A stretch of DNA of 64,000 bases. It comes from Auanema rhodensis (lineage: Eukaryota; Animalia; Nematoda). The notes under the pieces were generated by a model that saw nothing but the letters and a program-made list of their open reading frames with translations, had not been told where the DNA came from and made no database searches. Below are positions 40,015 through 55,500 of the stretch, piece by piece. Position 1 is the stretch's first letter; every line of letters begins with the position of its first letter. Location: assembly GCA_964057225.1 (NCBI GenBank), contig OZ059899.1, positions 1,116,001 to 1,180,000 of the forward strand. Direction: 5' to 3'. Position numbers and translations under genes: made by a program.

Positions 40015-43000
40015 GCAAATCTGATAACACAGATCGACGCAGCTTAAAAATCCGCATCGAATGCACTATACTACATTGAGAAACGCTTAATACACAAATT
40101 AGTTATGATCGTTTGAAAAATGATGCATTAGTGTATGTTGAGTTTCCATGTACACTCAACATTGCTTCCAAACACATTTTGACAAAAATTTTTTCGAAAA
40201 ATTTCAAAATAATTTAGCAAAATGTAGATGTTTTTAGATTCCTTTTTTTAAGGCAAAGACGATGGACAATGTTATTCAACGAAAAAATTAATTCTTCAGG
40301 GTGAAAATCGAGGATATAAGTGTGAACTTATATCAGTTGATATCTCGGTGCATTTTTAAGCTAGCGCAAATCTGATAACACAGATCGACGCAGCTTAAAA
40401 ATCCGCATCGAATGCACTATACTACATTGAGAAACGCTTAATACACAAATTAGTTATGATCGTTTGAAAAATGATGCATTAGTGTATGTTGAGTTTCCAT
40501 GTACACTCAACATTGCTTCCAAAAACATTTTGACAAAAATTTTTTCGAAAAATTTCAAAATAATTTAGCAAAAAGTAGATGTTTTTAGATTCCATTTTTC
40601 AAGGCAAAGACGATAGACAATGTTATTCAACAAAAAAATTAATTCTTCAGGGTGAAAATCGAGGATATAAGTGTGAACTTATATCAGTTGATATCTCGGT
40701 GCATTTTTAAGTTAGCGCAAATCTGATAACACAGATCGACGCAGCTTAAAAATCCGCATCGAATGCACTATACTACATTGAGAAACGCTTAATACACAAA
40801 TTAGTTATGATCGTTTGAAAAATGATGCATTAGTGTATGTTGAGTTTCCATGTACACTCAACATTGCTTCCAAACACATTTTGACAAAAATTTTTTCGAA
40901 AAATTTCAAAATAATTTAGCAAAATGTAGATGTTTTTAGATTCCTTTTTTTAAGGCAAAGACGATGGACAATGTTATTCAACGAAAAAATTAATTCTTCA
41001 GGGTGAAAATCGAGGATATAAGTGTGAACTTATATCAGTTGATATCTCGGTGCATTTTTAAGCTAGCGCAAATCTGATAACACAGATCGACGCAGCTTAA
41101 AAATCCGCATCGAATGCACTATACTACATTGAGAAACGCTTAATACACAAATTAGTTATGATCGTTTGAAAAATGATGCATTAGTGTATGTTGAGTTTCC
41201 ATGTACACTCAACATTGCTTCCAAAAACATTTTGACAAAAATTTTTTCGAAAAATTTCAAAATAATTTAGCAAAAAGTAGATGTTTTTAGATTCCATTTT
41301 TCAAGGCAAAGACGATAGACAATGTTATTCAACGAAAAAATTAATTCTTCAGGGTGAAAATCGAGGATATAAGTGTGAACTTATATCAGTTGATATCTCG
41401 GTGCATTTTTAAGTTAGCGCAAATCTGATAACACAGATCGACGCAGCTTAAAAATCCGCATCGAATGCACTATACTACATTAAGAAACGCTTAATACACA
41501 AATTAGTTATGATCGTTTGAAAAATGATGCATTAGTGTATGTTGAGTTTCCATGTACACTCAACATTGCTTCCAAACACATTTTGACAAAAATTTTTTCG
41601 AAAAATTTCAAAATAATTTAGCAAAATGTAGATGTTTTTAGATTCCTTTTTTTAAGGCAAAGACGATGGACAATGTTATTCAACGAAAAAATTAATTCTT
41701 CAGGGTGAAAATCGAGGATATAAGTGTGAACTTATATCAGTTGATATCTCGGTGCATTTTTAAGCTAGCGCAAATCTGATAACACAGATCGACGCAGCTT
41801 AAAAATCCGCATCGAATGCACTATACTACATTGAGAAACGCTTAATACACAAATTAGTTATGATCGTTTGAAAAATGATGCATTAGTGTATGTTGAGTTT
41901 CCATGTACACTCAACATTGCTTCCAAAAACATTTTGACAAAAATTTTTTCGAAAAATTTCAAAATAATTTAGCAAAAAGTAGATGTTTTTAGATTTCTTT
42001 TCTTAAGGCAAAGACGATGGACAATGTTATTCGACGAAAAAATTAATTCTTCAGGGTGAAAATCGAGGATATAAGTGTGAACTTATATCAGTTGATATCT
42101 CGGTGCATTTTTAAGCTAGCGCAAATCTGATAACACAGATCGACGCAGCTTAAAAATCCGCATCGAATGCACTATACTACATTGAGAAACGCTTAATACA
42201 CAAATTAGTTATGATCGTTTGAAAAATGATGCATTAGTGTATGTTGAGTTTCCATGTACACTCAACATTGCTTCCAAACACATTTTGACAAAAATTTTTT
42301 CGAAAAATTTCAAAATAATTTAGCAAAATGTAGATGTTTTTAGATTCCTTTTTTTAAGGCAAAGACGATGGACAATGTTATTCAACGAAAAAATTAATTC
42401 TTCAGGGTGAAAATCGAGGATATAAGTGTGAACTTATATCAGTTGATATCTCGGTGCATTTTTAAGCTAGCGCAAATCTGATAACACAGATCGACGCAGC
42501 TTAAAAATCCGCATCGAATGCACTATACTACATTGAGAAACGCTTAATACACAAATTAGTTATGATCGTTTGAAAAATGATGCATTAGTGTATGTTGAGT
42601 TTCCATGTACACTCAACATTGCTTCCAAAAACATTTTGACAAAAATTTTTTCGAAAAATTTCAAAATAATTTAGCAAAAAGTAGATGTTTTTAGATTCCA
42701 TTTTTCAAGGCAAAGACGATAGACAATGTTATTCAACGAAAAAATTAATTCTTCAGGGTGAAAATCGAGGATATAAGTGTGAACTTATATCAGTTGATAT
42801 CTCGGTGCATTTTTAAGTTAGCGCAAATCTGATAACACAGATCGACGCAGCTTAAAAATCCGCATCGAATGCACTATACTACATTAAGAAACGCTTAATA
42901 CACAAATTAGTTATGATCGTTTGAAAAATGATGCATTAGTGTATGTTGAGTTTCCATGTACACTCAACATTGCTTCCAAACACATTTTGACAAAAATTTT

Positions 43001-43500
43001 TTCGAAAAATTTCAAAATAATTTAGCAAAATGTAGATGTTTTTAGATTCCTTTTTTTAAGGCAAAGACGATGGACAATGTTATTCAACGAAAAAATTAAT
43101 TCTTCAGGGTGAAAATCGAGGATATAAGTGTGAACTTATATCAGTTGATATCTCGGTGCATTTTTAAGCTAGCGCAAATCTGATAACACAGATCGACGCA
43201 GCTTAAAAATCCGCATCGAATGCACTATACTACATTGAGAAACGCTTAATACACAAATTAGTTATGATCGTTTGAAAAATGATGCATTAGTGTATGTTGA
43301 GTTTCCATGTACACTCAACATTGCTTCCAAAAACATTTTGACAAAAATTTTTTCGAAAAATTTCAAAATAATTTAGCAAAAAGTAGATGTTTTTAGATTC
43401 CATTTTTCAAGGCAAAGACGATAGACAATGTTATTCAACGAAAAAATTAATTCTTCAGGGTGAAAATCGAGGATATAAGTGTGAACTTATATCAGTTGAT
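40015..43500 (+). repeat. Dimer higher-order repeat (~5 x 702 bp)
   Basis: The AAATGTAG variant (linked to AAACAC and CCTTTTTTT) occurs at 40223, 40925, 41627, 42329 and 43031. Confidence 0.8.
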
Positions 43501-46500
43501 ATCTCGGTGCATTTTTAAGCTAGCGCAAATCTGATAACACAGATCGACGCAGCTTAAAAATCCGCATCGAATGCACTATACTACATTAAGAAACGCTTAA
43601 TACACAAATTAGTTATGATCGTTTGAAAAATGATGCATTAGTGTATGTTGAGTTTCCATGTACACACAACATTGCTTCCAAAAACATTTTGACAAAAATT
43701 TTTTCGAAAAATTTCAAAATAATTTAGCAAAAAGTAGATGTTTTTAGATTCCTTTTCTTAAGGCAAAGACGATGGACAATGTTATTCGACGAAAAAATTA
43801 ATTCTTCAGGGTGAAAATCGAGGACATAAGTGTGAACTTATATCAGTTGATATCTCGGTGCATTTTTAAGCTAGCGCAAATCTGATAACACAGATCGACG
43901 CAGCTTAAAAATCCGCATCGAATGCACTATACTACATCAAGAAACGCTTGATACAAAAATTAGTTATGATCGTTTGAAAAATGATGCATTAGTGTATGTT
44001 GAGTTTCCATGTACACACAACATTGCTTCCAAAAACATTTTGACAAAAATTTTTTCGAAAAATTTCAAAATAATTTAGCAAAAAGTAGATGTTTTTAGAT
44101 TCCTTTTCTTAAGGCAAAGACGATGGACAATGTTATTCGACGAAAAAATTAATTCTTCAGGGTGAAAATCGAGGACATAAGTGTGAACTTATATCAGTTG
44201 ATATCTCGGTGCATTTTTAAGCTAGCGCAAATCTGATAACACAGATCGACGCAGCTTAAAAATCCGCATCGAATGCACTATACTACATCAAGAAACGCTT
44301 GATACAAAAATTAGTTATGATCGTTTGAAAAATGATGCATTAGTGTATGTTGAGTTTCCATGTACACTCAACATTGCTTCCAAAAACATTTTGACAAAAA
44401 TTTTTTCGAAAAATTTCAAAATAATTTAGCAAAAAGTAGATGTTTTTAGATTCCATTTTTCAAGGCAAAGACGATAGACAATGTTATTCAACGAAAAAAT
44501 TAATTCTTCAGGGTGAAAATCGAGGATATAAGTGTGAACTTATATCAGTTGATATCTCGGTGCATTTTTAAGCTACCGCAAATCTGATAACACAGATCGA
44601 CGCAGCTTAAAAATCCGCATCGAATGCACTATACTACATTGAGAAACGCTTAATACAAAAATTAGTTATGATCGTTTGAAAAATGATGCATTAGTGTATG
44701 TTGAGTTTCCATGTACACTCAACATTGCTTCCAAAAACATTTTGACAAAAATTTTTTCGAAAAATTTCAAAATAATTTAGCAAAAAGTAGATGTTTTTAG
44801 ATTCCATTTTTCAAGGCAAAGACGATAGACAATGTTATTCAACGAAAAAATTAATTCTTCAGGGTGAAAATCGAGGATATAAGTGTGAACTTATATCAGT
44901 TGATATCTCGGTGCATTTTTAAGCTAGCGCAAATCTGATAACACAGATCGACGCAGCTTAAAAATCCGCATCGAATGCACTATACTACATCAAGAAACGC
45001 TTGATACAAAAATTAGTTATGATCGTTTGAAAAATGATGCATTAGTGTATGTTGAGTTTCCATGTACACACAACATTGCTTCCAAAAACATTTTGACAAA
45101 AATTTTTTCGAAAAATTTCAAAATAATTTAGCAAAAAGTAGATGTTTTTAGATTCCTTTTCTTAAGGCAAAGACGATGGACAATGTTATTCGACGAAAAA
45201 ATTAATTCTTCAGGGTGAAAATCGAGGACATAAGTGTGAACTTATATCAGTTGATATCTCGGTGCATTTTTAAGCTAGCGCAAATCTGATAACACAGATC
45301 GACGCAGCTTAAAAATCCGCATCGAATGCACTATACTACATCAAGAAACGCTTGATACAAAAATTAGTTATGATCGTTTGAAAAATGATGCATTAGTGTA
45401 TGTTGAGTTTCCATGTACACTCAACATTGCTTCCAAAAACATTTTGACAAAAATTTTTTCGAAAAATTTCAAAATAATTTAGCAAAAAGTAGATGTTTTT
45501 AGATTCCATTTTTCAAGGCAAAGACGATAGACAATGTTATTCAACGAAAAAATTAATTCTTCAGGGTGAAAATCGAGGATATAAGTGTGAACTTATATCA
45601 GTTGATATCTCGGTGCATTTTTAAGCTACCGCAAATCTGATAACACAGATCGACGCAGCTTAAAAATCCGCATCGAATGCACTATACTACATTGAGAAAC
45701 GCTTAATACAAAAATTAGTTATGATCGTTTGAAAAATGATGCATTAGTGTATGTTGAGTTTCCATGTACACTCAACATTGCTTCCAAAAACATTTTGACA
45801 AAAATTTTTTCGAAAAATTTCAAAATAATTTAGCAAAAAGTAGATGTTTTTAGATTCCATTTTTCAAGGCAAAGACGATAGACAATGTTATTCAACGAAA
45901 AAATTAATTCTTCAGGGTGAAAATCGAGGATATAAGTGTGAACTTATATCAGTTGATATCTCGGTGCATTTTTAAGCTAGCGCAAATCTGATAACACAGA
46001 TCGACGCAGCTTAAAAATCCGCATCGAATGCACTATACTACATCAAGAAACGCTTGATACAAAAATTAGTTATGATCGTTTGAAAAATGATGCATTAGTG
46101 TATGTTGAGTTTCCATGTACACTCAACATTGCTTCCAAAAACATTTTGACAAAAATTTTTTCGAAAAATTTCAAAATAATTTAGCAAAAAGTAGATGTTT
46201 TTAGATTCCTTTTCTTAAGGCAAAGACGATGGACAATGTTATTCGACGAAAAAATTAATTCTTCAGGGTGAAAATCGAGGACATAAGTGTGAACTTATAT
46301 CAGTTGATATCTCGGTGCATTTTTAAGCTAGCGCAAATCTGATAACACAGATCGACGCAGCTTAAAAATCCGCATCGAATGCACTATACTACATCAAGAA
46401 ACGCTTGATACAAAAATTAGTTATGATCGTTTGAAAAATGATGCATTAGTGTATGTTGAGTTTCCATGTACACACAACATTGCTTCCAAAAACATTTTGA

Positions 46501-49500
46501 CAAAAATTTTTTCGAAAAATTTCAAAATAATTTAGCAAAAAGTAGATGTTTTTAGATTCCATTTTTCAAGGCAAAGACGATAGACAATGTTATTCAACGA
46601 AAAAATTAATTCTTCAGGGTGAAAATCGAGGATATAAGTGTGAACTTATATCAGTTGATATCTCGGTGCATTTTTAAGCTAGCGCAAATCTGATAACACA
46701 GCTCGTCGCAGCTTAAAAATCCGCATCGAATGCACTATACTACATCAAGAAACGCTTGATACACAAATTAGTTATGATCGTTTGAAAAATGATGCATTAG
46801 TGTATGTTGAGTTTCCATGTACACTCAACATTGCTTCCAAAAACATTTTGACAAAAATTTTTTCGAAAAATTTCAAAATAATTTAGCAAAAAGTAGATGT
46901 TTTTAGATTCCATTTTTCAAGGCAAAGACGATAGACAATGTTATTCAACGAAAAAATTAATTCTTCAGGGTGAAAATCGAGGATATAAGTGTGAACTTAT
47001 ATCAGTTGATATCTCGGTGCATTTTTAAGCTACCGCAAATCTGATAACACAGATCGACGCAGCTTAAAAATCCGCATCGAATGCACTATACTACATTGAG
47101 AAACGCTTAATACAAAAATTAGTTATGATCGTTTGAAAAATGATGCATTAGTGTATGTTGAGTTTCCATGTACACTCAACATTGCTTCCAAAAACATTTT
47201 GACAAAAATTTTTTCGAAAAATTTCAAAATAATTTAGCAAAAAGTAGATGTTTTTAGATTCCATTTTTCAAGGCAAAGACGATAGACAATGTTATTCAAC
47301 GAAAAAATTAATTCTTCAGGGTGAAAATCGAGGATATAAGTGTGAACTTATATCAGTTGATATCTCGGTGCATTTTTAAGCTAGCGCAAATCTGATAACA
47401 CAGATCGACGCAGCTTAAAAATACGCATCGAATGCACTATACTACATCGAGAAACGCTTGATACAAAAATTAGTTATGATCGTTTGAAAAATGATGCATT
47501 AGTGTATGTTGAGTTTCCATGTACACTCAACATTGCTTCCAAAAACATTTTGACAAAAATTTTTTCGAAAAATTTCAAAATAATTTAGCAAAAAGTAGAT
47601 GTTTTTAGATTCCATTTTTCAAGGCAAAGACGATAGACAATGTTATTCAACGAAAAAATTAATTCTTCAGGGTGAAAATCGAGAATATAAGTGTGAACTT
47701 ATATCAGTTGATATCTCGGTGCATTTTTAAGCTAGCGCAAATCTGATAACACAGATCGACGCAGCTTAAAAATACGCATCGAATGCACTATACTACATCG
47801 AGAAACGCTTAATACAAAAATTAGTTATGATCGTTTGAAAAATGATGCATTAGTGTATGTTGAGTTTCCATGTACACTCAACATTGCTTCCAAAAACATT
47901 TTGACAAAAATTTTTTCGAAAAATTTCAAAATAATTTAGCAAAAAGTAGATGTTTTTAGATTCCATTTTTCAAGGCAAAGACGATAGACAATGTTATTCA
48001 ACGAAAAAATTAATTCTTCAGGGTGAAAATCGAGAATATAAGTGTGAACTTATATCAGTTGATATCTCGGTGCATTTTTAAGCTAGCGCAAATCTGATAA
48101 CACAGATCGACGCAGCTTAAAAATCCGCATCGAATGCACTATACTACATTGAGAAACGCTTAATACACAAATTAGTTATGATCGTTTGAAAAATGATGCA
48201 TTAGTGTATGTTGAGTTTCCATGTACACTCAACATTGCTTCCAAAAACATTTTGACAAAAATTTTTTCGAAAAATTTCAAAATAATTTAGCAAAAAGTAG
48301 AAGTTTTTAGATTCCTTTTCTTAAGGCAAAGACGATGGACAATGTTATTCGACGAAAAAATTAATTCTTCAGGGTGAAAATCGAGGATATAAGTGTGAAC
48401 TTATATCAGTTGATATCTCGGTGCATTTTTAAGCTAGCGCAAATCTGATAACACAGATCGACGCAGCTTAAAAATCCGCATCGAATGCACTATACTACAT
48501 CAAGAAACGCTTAATACACAAATTAGTTATGATCGTTTGAAAAATGATGCATTAGTGTATGTTGAGTTTCCATGTACAGTCAACATTGCTTCCAAAAACA
48601 TTTTGACAAAAATTTTTTCGAAAAATTTCAAAATAATTTAGCAAAAAGTAGATGTTTTTAGATTCCTTTTCTTAAGGCAAAGACGATAGACAATGTTATT
48701 CAACGAAAAAATTAATTCTTCAGGGTGAAAATCGAGAATATAAGTGTGAACTTATATCAGTTGATATCTCGGTGCATTTTTAAGCTACCGCAAATCTGAT
48801 AACACAGATCGACGCAGCTTAAAAATCCGCATCGAATGCACTATACTACATTGAGAAACGCTTAATACAAAAATTAGTTATGATCGTTTGAAAAATGATG
48901 CATTAGTGTATGTTGAGTTTCCATGTACACTCAACATTGCTTCCAAAAACATTTTGACAAAAATTTTTTCGAAAAATTTCAGAATAATTTAGCAAAAAGT
49001 AGATGTTTTTAGATTCCATTTTTCAAGGCAAAGACGATAGACAATGTTATTCAACGAAAAAATTAATTCTTCAGGGTGAAAATCGAGGATATAAGTGTGA
49101 ACTTATATCAGTTGATATCTCGGTGCATTTTTAAGCTAGCGCAAATCTGATAACACAGATCGACGCAGCTTAAAAATCCGCATCGAATGCACTATACTAC
49201 ATTAAGAAACGCTTAATACACAAATTAGTTATGATCGTTTGAAAAATGATGCATTAGTGTATGTTGAGTTTCCATGTACACTCAACATTGCTTCCAAACA
49301 CATTTTGACAAAAATTTTTTCGAAAAATTTCAAAATAATTTAGCAAAATGTAGATGTTTTTAGATTCCTTTTTTTAAGGCAAAGACGATGGACAATGTTA
49401 TTCAACGAAAAAATTAATTCTTCAGGGTGAAAATCGAGGATATAAGTGTGAACTTATATCAGTTGATATCTCGGTGCATTTTTAAGCTAGCGCAAATCTG

Positions 49501-52500
49501 ATAACACAGATCGACGCAGCTTAAAAATCCGCATCGAATGCACTATACTACATTGAGAAACGCTTAATACACAAATTAGTTATGATCGTTTGAAAAATGA
49601 TGCATTAGTGTATGTTGAGTTTCCATGTACACTCAACATTGCTTCCAAAAACATTTTGACAAAAATTTTTTCGAAAAATTTCAAAATAATTTAGCAAAAA
49701 GTAGATGTTTTTAGATTCCATTTTTCAAGGCAAAGACGATAGACAATGTTATTCAACGAAAAAATTAATTCTTCAGGGTGAAAATCGAGGATATAAGTGT
49801 GAACTTATATCAGTTGATATCTCGGTGCATTTTTAAGCTAGCGCAAATCTGATAACACAGATCGACGCAGCTTAAAAATCCGCATCGAATGCACTATACT
49901 ACATTAAGAAACGCTTAATACACAAATTAGTTATGATCGTTTGAAAAATGATGCATTAGTGTATGTTGAGTTTCCATGTACACACAACATTGCTTCCAAA
50001 AACATTTTGACAAAAATTTTTTCGAAAAATTTCAAAATAATTTAGCAAAAAGTAGATGTTTTTAGATTCCTTTTCTTAAGGCAAAGACGATGGACAATGT
50101 TATTCGACGAAAAAATTAATTCTTCAGGGTGAAAATCGAGGACATAAGTGTGAACTTATATCAGTTGATATCTCGGTGCATTTTTAAGCTAGCGCAAATC
50201 TGATAACACAGATCGACGCAGCTTAAAAATCCGCATCGAATGCACTATACTACATCAAGAAACGCTTGATACAAAAATTAGTTATGATCGTTTGAAAAAT
50301 GATGCATTAGTGTATGTTGAGTTTCCATGTACACACAACATTGCTTCCAAAAACATTTTGACAAAAATTTTTTCGAAAAATTTCAAAATAATTTAGCAAA
50401 AAGTAGATGTTTTTAGATTCCTTTTCTTAAGGCAAAGACGATGGACAATGTTATTCGACGAAAAAATTAATTCTTCAGGGTGAAAATCGAGGACATAAGT
50501 GTGAACTTATATCAGTTGATATCTCGGTGCATTTTTAAGCTAGCGCAAATCTGATAACACAGATCGACGCAGCTTAAAAATCCGCATCGAATGCACTATA
50601 CTACATCAAGAAACGCTTGATACAAAAATTAGTTATGATCGTTTGAAAAATGATGCATTAGTGTATGTTGAGTTTCCATGTACACTCAACATTGCTTCCA
50701 AAAACATTTTGACAAAAATTTTTTCGAAAAATTTCAAAATAATTTAGCAAAAAGTAGATGTTTTTAGATTCCATTTTTCAAGGCAAAGACGACAGACAAT
50801 GTTATTCAACGAAAAAATTAATTCTTCAGGGTGAAAATCGAGGATATAAGTGTGAACTTATATCAGTTGATATCTCGGTGCATTTTTAAGCTACCGCAAA
50901 TCTGATAACACAGATCGACGCAGCTTAAAAATCCGCATCGAATGCACTATACTACATTGAGAAACGCTTAATACAAAAATTAGTTATGATCGTTTGAAAA
51001 ATGATGCATTAGTGTATGTTGAGTTTCCATGTACACTCAACATTGCTTCCAAAAACATTTTGACAAAAATTTTTTCGAAAAATTTCAAAATAATTTAGCA
51101 AAAAGTAGATGTTTTTAGATTCCATTTTTCAAGGCAAAGACGATAGACAATGTTATTCAACGAAAAAATTAATTCTTCAGGGTGAAAATCGAGGATATAA
51201 GTGTGAACTTATATCAGTTGATATCTCGGTGCATTTTTAAGCTAGCGCAAATCTGATAACACAGATCGACGCAGCTTAAAAATCCGCATCGAATGCACTA
51301 TACTACATCAAGAAACGCTTGATACAAAAATTAGTTATGATCGTTTGAAAAATGATGCATTAGTGTATGTTGAGTTTCCATGTACACTCAACATTGCTTC
51401 CAAAAACATTTTGACAAAAATTTTTTCGAAAAATTTCAAAATAATTTAGCAAAAAGTAGATGTTTTTAGATTCCTTTTCTTAAGGCAAAGACGATGGACA
51501 ATGTTATTCGACGAAAAAATTAATTCTTCAGGGTGAAAATCGAGGACATAAGTGTGAACTTATATCAGTTGATATCTCGGTGCATTTTTAAGCTAGCGCA
51601 AATCTGATAACACAGATCGACGCAGCTTAAAAATCCGCATCGAATGCACTATACTACATCAAGAAACGCTTGATACAAAAATTAGTTATGATCGTTTGAA
51701 AAATGATGCATTAGTGTATGTTGAGTTTCCATGTACACACAACATTGCTTCCAAAAACATTTTGACAAAAATTTTTTCGAAAAATTTCAAAATAATTTAG
51801 CAAAAAGTAGATGTTTTTAGATTCCTTTTCTTAAGGCAAAGACGATGGACAATGTTATTCGACGAAAAAATTAATTCTTCAGGGTGAAAATCGAGGACAT
51901 AAGTGTGAACTTATATCAGTTGATATCTCGGTGCATTTTTAAGCTAGCGCAAATCTGATAACACAGATCGACGCAGCTTAAAAATCCGCATCGAATGCAC
52001 TATACTACATCAAGAAACGCTTGATACAAAAATTAGTTATGATCGTTTGAAAAATGATGCATTAGTGTATGTTGAGTTTCCATGTACACTCAACATTGCT
52101 TCCAAAAACATTTTGACAAAAATTTTTTCGAAAAATTTCAAAATAATTTAGCAAAAAGTAGATGTTTTTAGATTCCATTTTTCAAGGCAAAGACGATAGA
52201 CAATGTTATTCAACGAAAAAATTAATTCTTCAGGGTGAAAATCGAGGATATAAGTGTGAACTTATATCAGTTGATATCTCGGTGCATTTTTAAGCTACCG
52301 CAAATCTGATAACACAGATCGACGCAGCTTAAAAATCCGCATCGAATGCACTATACTACATTGAGAAACGCTTAATACAAAAATTAGTTATGATCGTTTG
52401 AAAAATGATGCATTAGTGTATGTTGAGTTTCCATGTACACTCAACATTGCTTCCAAAAACATTTTGACAAAAATTTTTTCGAAAAATTTCAAAATAATTT

Positions 52501-55500
52501 AGCAAAAAGTAGATGTTTTTAGATTCCATTTTTCAAGGCAAAGACGATAGACAATGTTATTCAACGAAAAAATTAATTCTTCAGGGTGAAAATCGAGGAT
52601 ATAAGTGTGAACTTATATCAGTTGATATCTCGGTGCATTTTTAAGCTAGCGCAAATCTGATAACACAGATCGACGCAGCTTAAAAATACGCATCGAATGC
52701 ACTATACTACATCGAGAAACGCTTGATACAAAAATTAGTTATGATCGTTTGAAAAATGATGCATTAGTGTATGTTGAGTTTCCATGTACACTCAACATTG
52801 CTTCCAAAAACATTTTGACAAAAATTTTTTCGAAAAATTTCAAAATAATTTAGCAAAAAGTAGATGTTTTTAGATTCCATTTTTCAAGGCAAAGACGATA
52901 GACAATGTTATTCAACGAAAAAATTAATTCTTCAGGGTGAAAATCGAGAATATAAGTGTGAACTTATATCAGTTGATATCTCGGTGCATTTTTAAGCTAG
53001 CGCAAATCTGATAACACAGATCGACGCAGCTTAAAAATACGCATCGAATGCACTATACTACATCGAGAAACGCTTAATACAAAAATTAGTTATGATCGTT
53101 TGAAAAATGATGCATTAGTGTATGTTGAGTTTCCATGTACACTCAACATTGCTTCCAAAAACATTTTGACAAAAATTTTTTCGAAAAATTTCAAAATAAT
53201 TTAGCAAAAAGTAGATGTTTTTAGATTCCATTTTTCAAGGCAAAGACGATAGACAATGTTATTCAACGAAAAAATTAATTCTTCAGGGTGAAAATCGAGA
53301 ATATAAGTGTGAACTTATATCAGTTGATATCTCGGTGCATTTTTAAGCTAGCGCAAATCTGATAACACAGATCGACGCAGCTTAAAAATCCGCATCGAAT
53401 GCACTATACTACATTGAGAAACGCTTAATACACAAATTAGTTATGATCGTTTGAAAAATGATGCATTAGTGTATGTTGAGTTTCCATGTACACTCAACAT
53501 TGCTTCCAAAAACATTTTGACAAAAATTTTTTCGAAAAATTTCAAAATAATTTAGCAAAAAGTAGATGTTTTTAGATTCCTTTTCTTAAGGCAAAGACGA
53601 TGGACAATGTTATTCGACGAAAAAATTAATTCTTCAGGGTGAAAATCGAGGATATAAGTGTGAACTTATATCAGTTGATATCTCGGTGCATTTTTAAGCT
53701 AGCGCAAATCTGATAACACAGATCGACGCAGCTTAAAAATCCGCATCGAATGCACTATACTACATCAAGAAACGCTTAATACACAAATTAGTTATGATCG
53801 TTTGAAAAATGATGCATTAGTGTATGTTGAGTTTCCATGTACAGTCAACATTGCTTCCAAAAACATTTTGACAAAAATTTTTTCGAAAAATTTCAAAATA
53901 ATTTAGCAAAAAGTAGATGTTTTTAGATTCCATTTTTCAAGGCAAAGACGATAGACAATGTTATTCAACGAAAAAATTAATTCTTCAGGGTGAAAATCGA
54001 GAATATAAGTGTGAACTTATATCAGTTGATATCTCGGTGCATTTTTAAGCTAGCGCAAATCTGATAACACAGATCGACGCAGCTTAAAAATCCGCATCGA
54101 ATGCACTATGCTACATCAAGAAACGCTTGATACAAAAATTAGTTATGATCGTTTGAAAAATGATGCATTAGTGTATGTTGAGTTTCCATGTACACTCAAC
54201 ATTGCTTCCAAAAACATTTTGACAAAAATTTTTTCGAAAAATTTCAAAATAATTTAGCAAAAAGTAGATGTTTTTAGATTCCATTTTTCAAGGCAAAGAC
54301 GATAGACAATGTTATTCAACGAAAAAATTAATTCTTCAGGGTGAAAATCGAGGATATAAGTGTGAACTTATATCAGTTGATATCTCGGTGCATTTTTAAG
54401 CTACCGCAAATCTGATAACACAGATCGACGCAGCTTAAAAATCCGCATCGAATGCACTATACTACATTGAGAAACGCTTAATACAAAAATTAGTTATGAT
54501 CGTTTGAAAAATGATGCATTAGTGTATGTTGAGTTTCCATGTACACTCAACATTGCTTCCAAAAACATTTTGACAAAAATTTTTTCGAAAAATTTCAGAA
54601 TAATTTAGCAAAAAGTAGATGTTTTTAGATTCCATTTTTCAAGGCAAAGACGATAGACAATGTTATTCAACGAAAAAATTAATTCTTCAGGGTGAAAATC
54701 GAGGATATAAGTGTGAACTTATATCAGTTGATATCTCGGTGCATTTTTAAGCTAGCGCAAATCTGATAACACAGATCGACGCAGCTTAAAAATCCGCATC
54801 GAATGCACTATACTACATTGAGAAACGCTTAATACACAAATTAGTTATGATCGTTTGAAAAATGATGCATTAGTGTATGTTGAGTTTCCATGTACACTCA
54901 ACATTGCTTCCAAAAACATTTTGACAAAAATTTTTTCGAAAAATTTCAAAATAATTTAGCAAAAAGTAGATGTTTTTAGATTCCATTTTTCAAGGCAAAG
55001 ACGATAGACAATGTTATTCAACGAAAAAATTAATTCTTCAGGGTGAAAATCGAGAATATAAGTGTGAACTTATATCAGTTGATATCTCGGTGCATTTTTA
55101 AGCTAGCGCAAATCTGATAACACAGATCGACGCAGCTTAAAAATCCGCATCGAATGCACTATGCTACATCAAGAAACGCTTGATACAAAAATTAGTTATG
55201 ATCGTTTGAAAAATGATGCATTAGTGTATGTTGAGTTTCCATGTACACTCAACATTGCTTCCAAAAACATTTTGACAAAAATTTTTTCGAAAAATTTCAA
55301 AATAATTTAGCAAAAAGTAGATGTTTTTAGATTCCATTTTTCAAGGCAAAGACGATAGACAATGTTATTCAACGAAAAAATTAATTCTTCAGGGTGAAAA
55401 TCGAGAATATAAGTGTGAACTTATATCAGTTGATATCTCGGTGCATTTTTAAGCTAGCGCAAATCTGATAACACAGATCGACGCAGCTTAAAAATACGCA

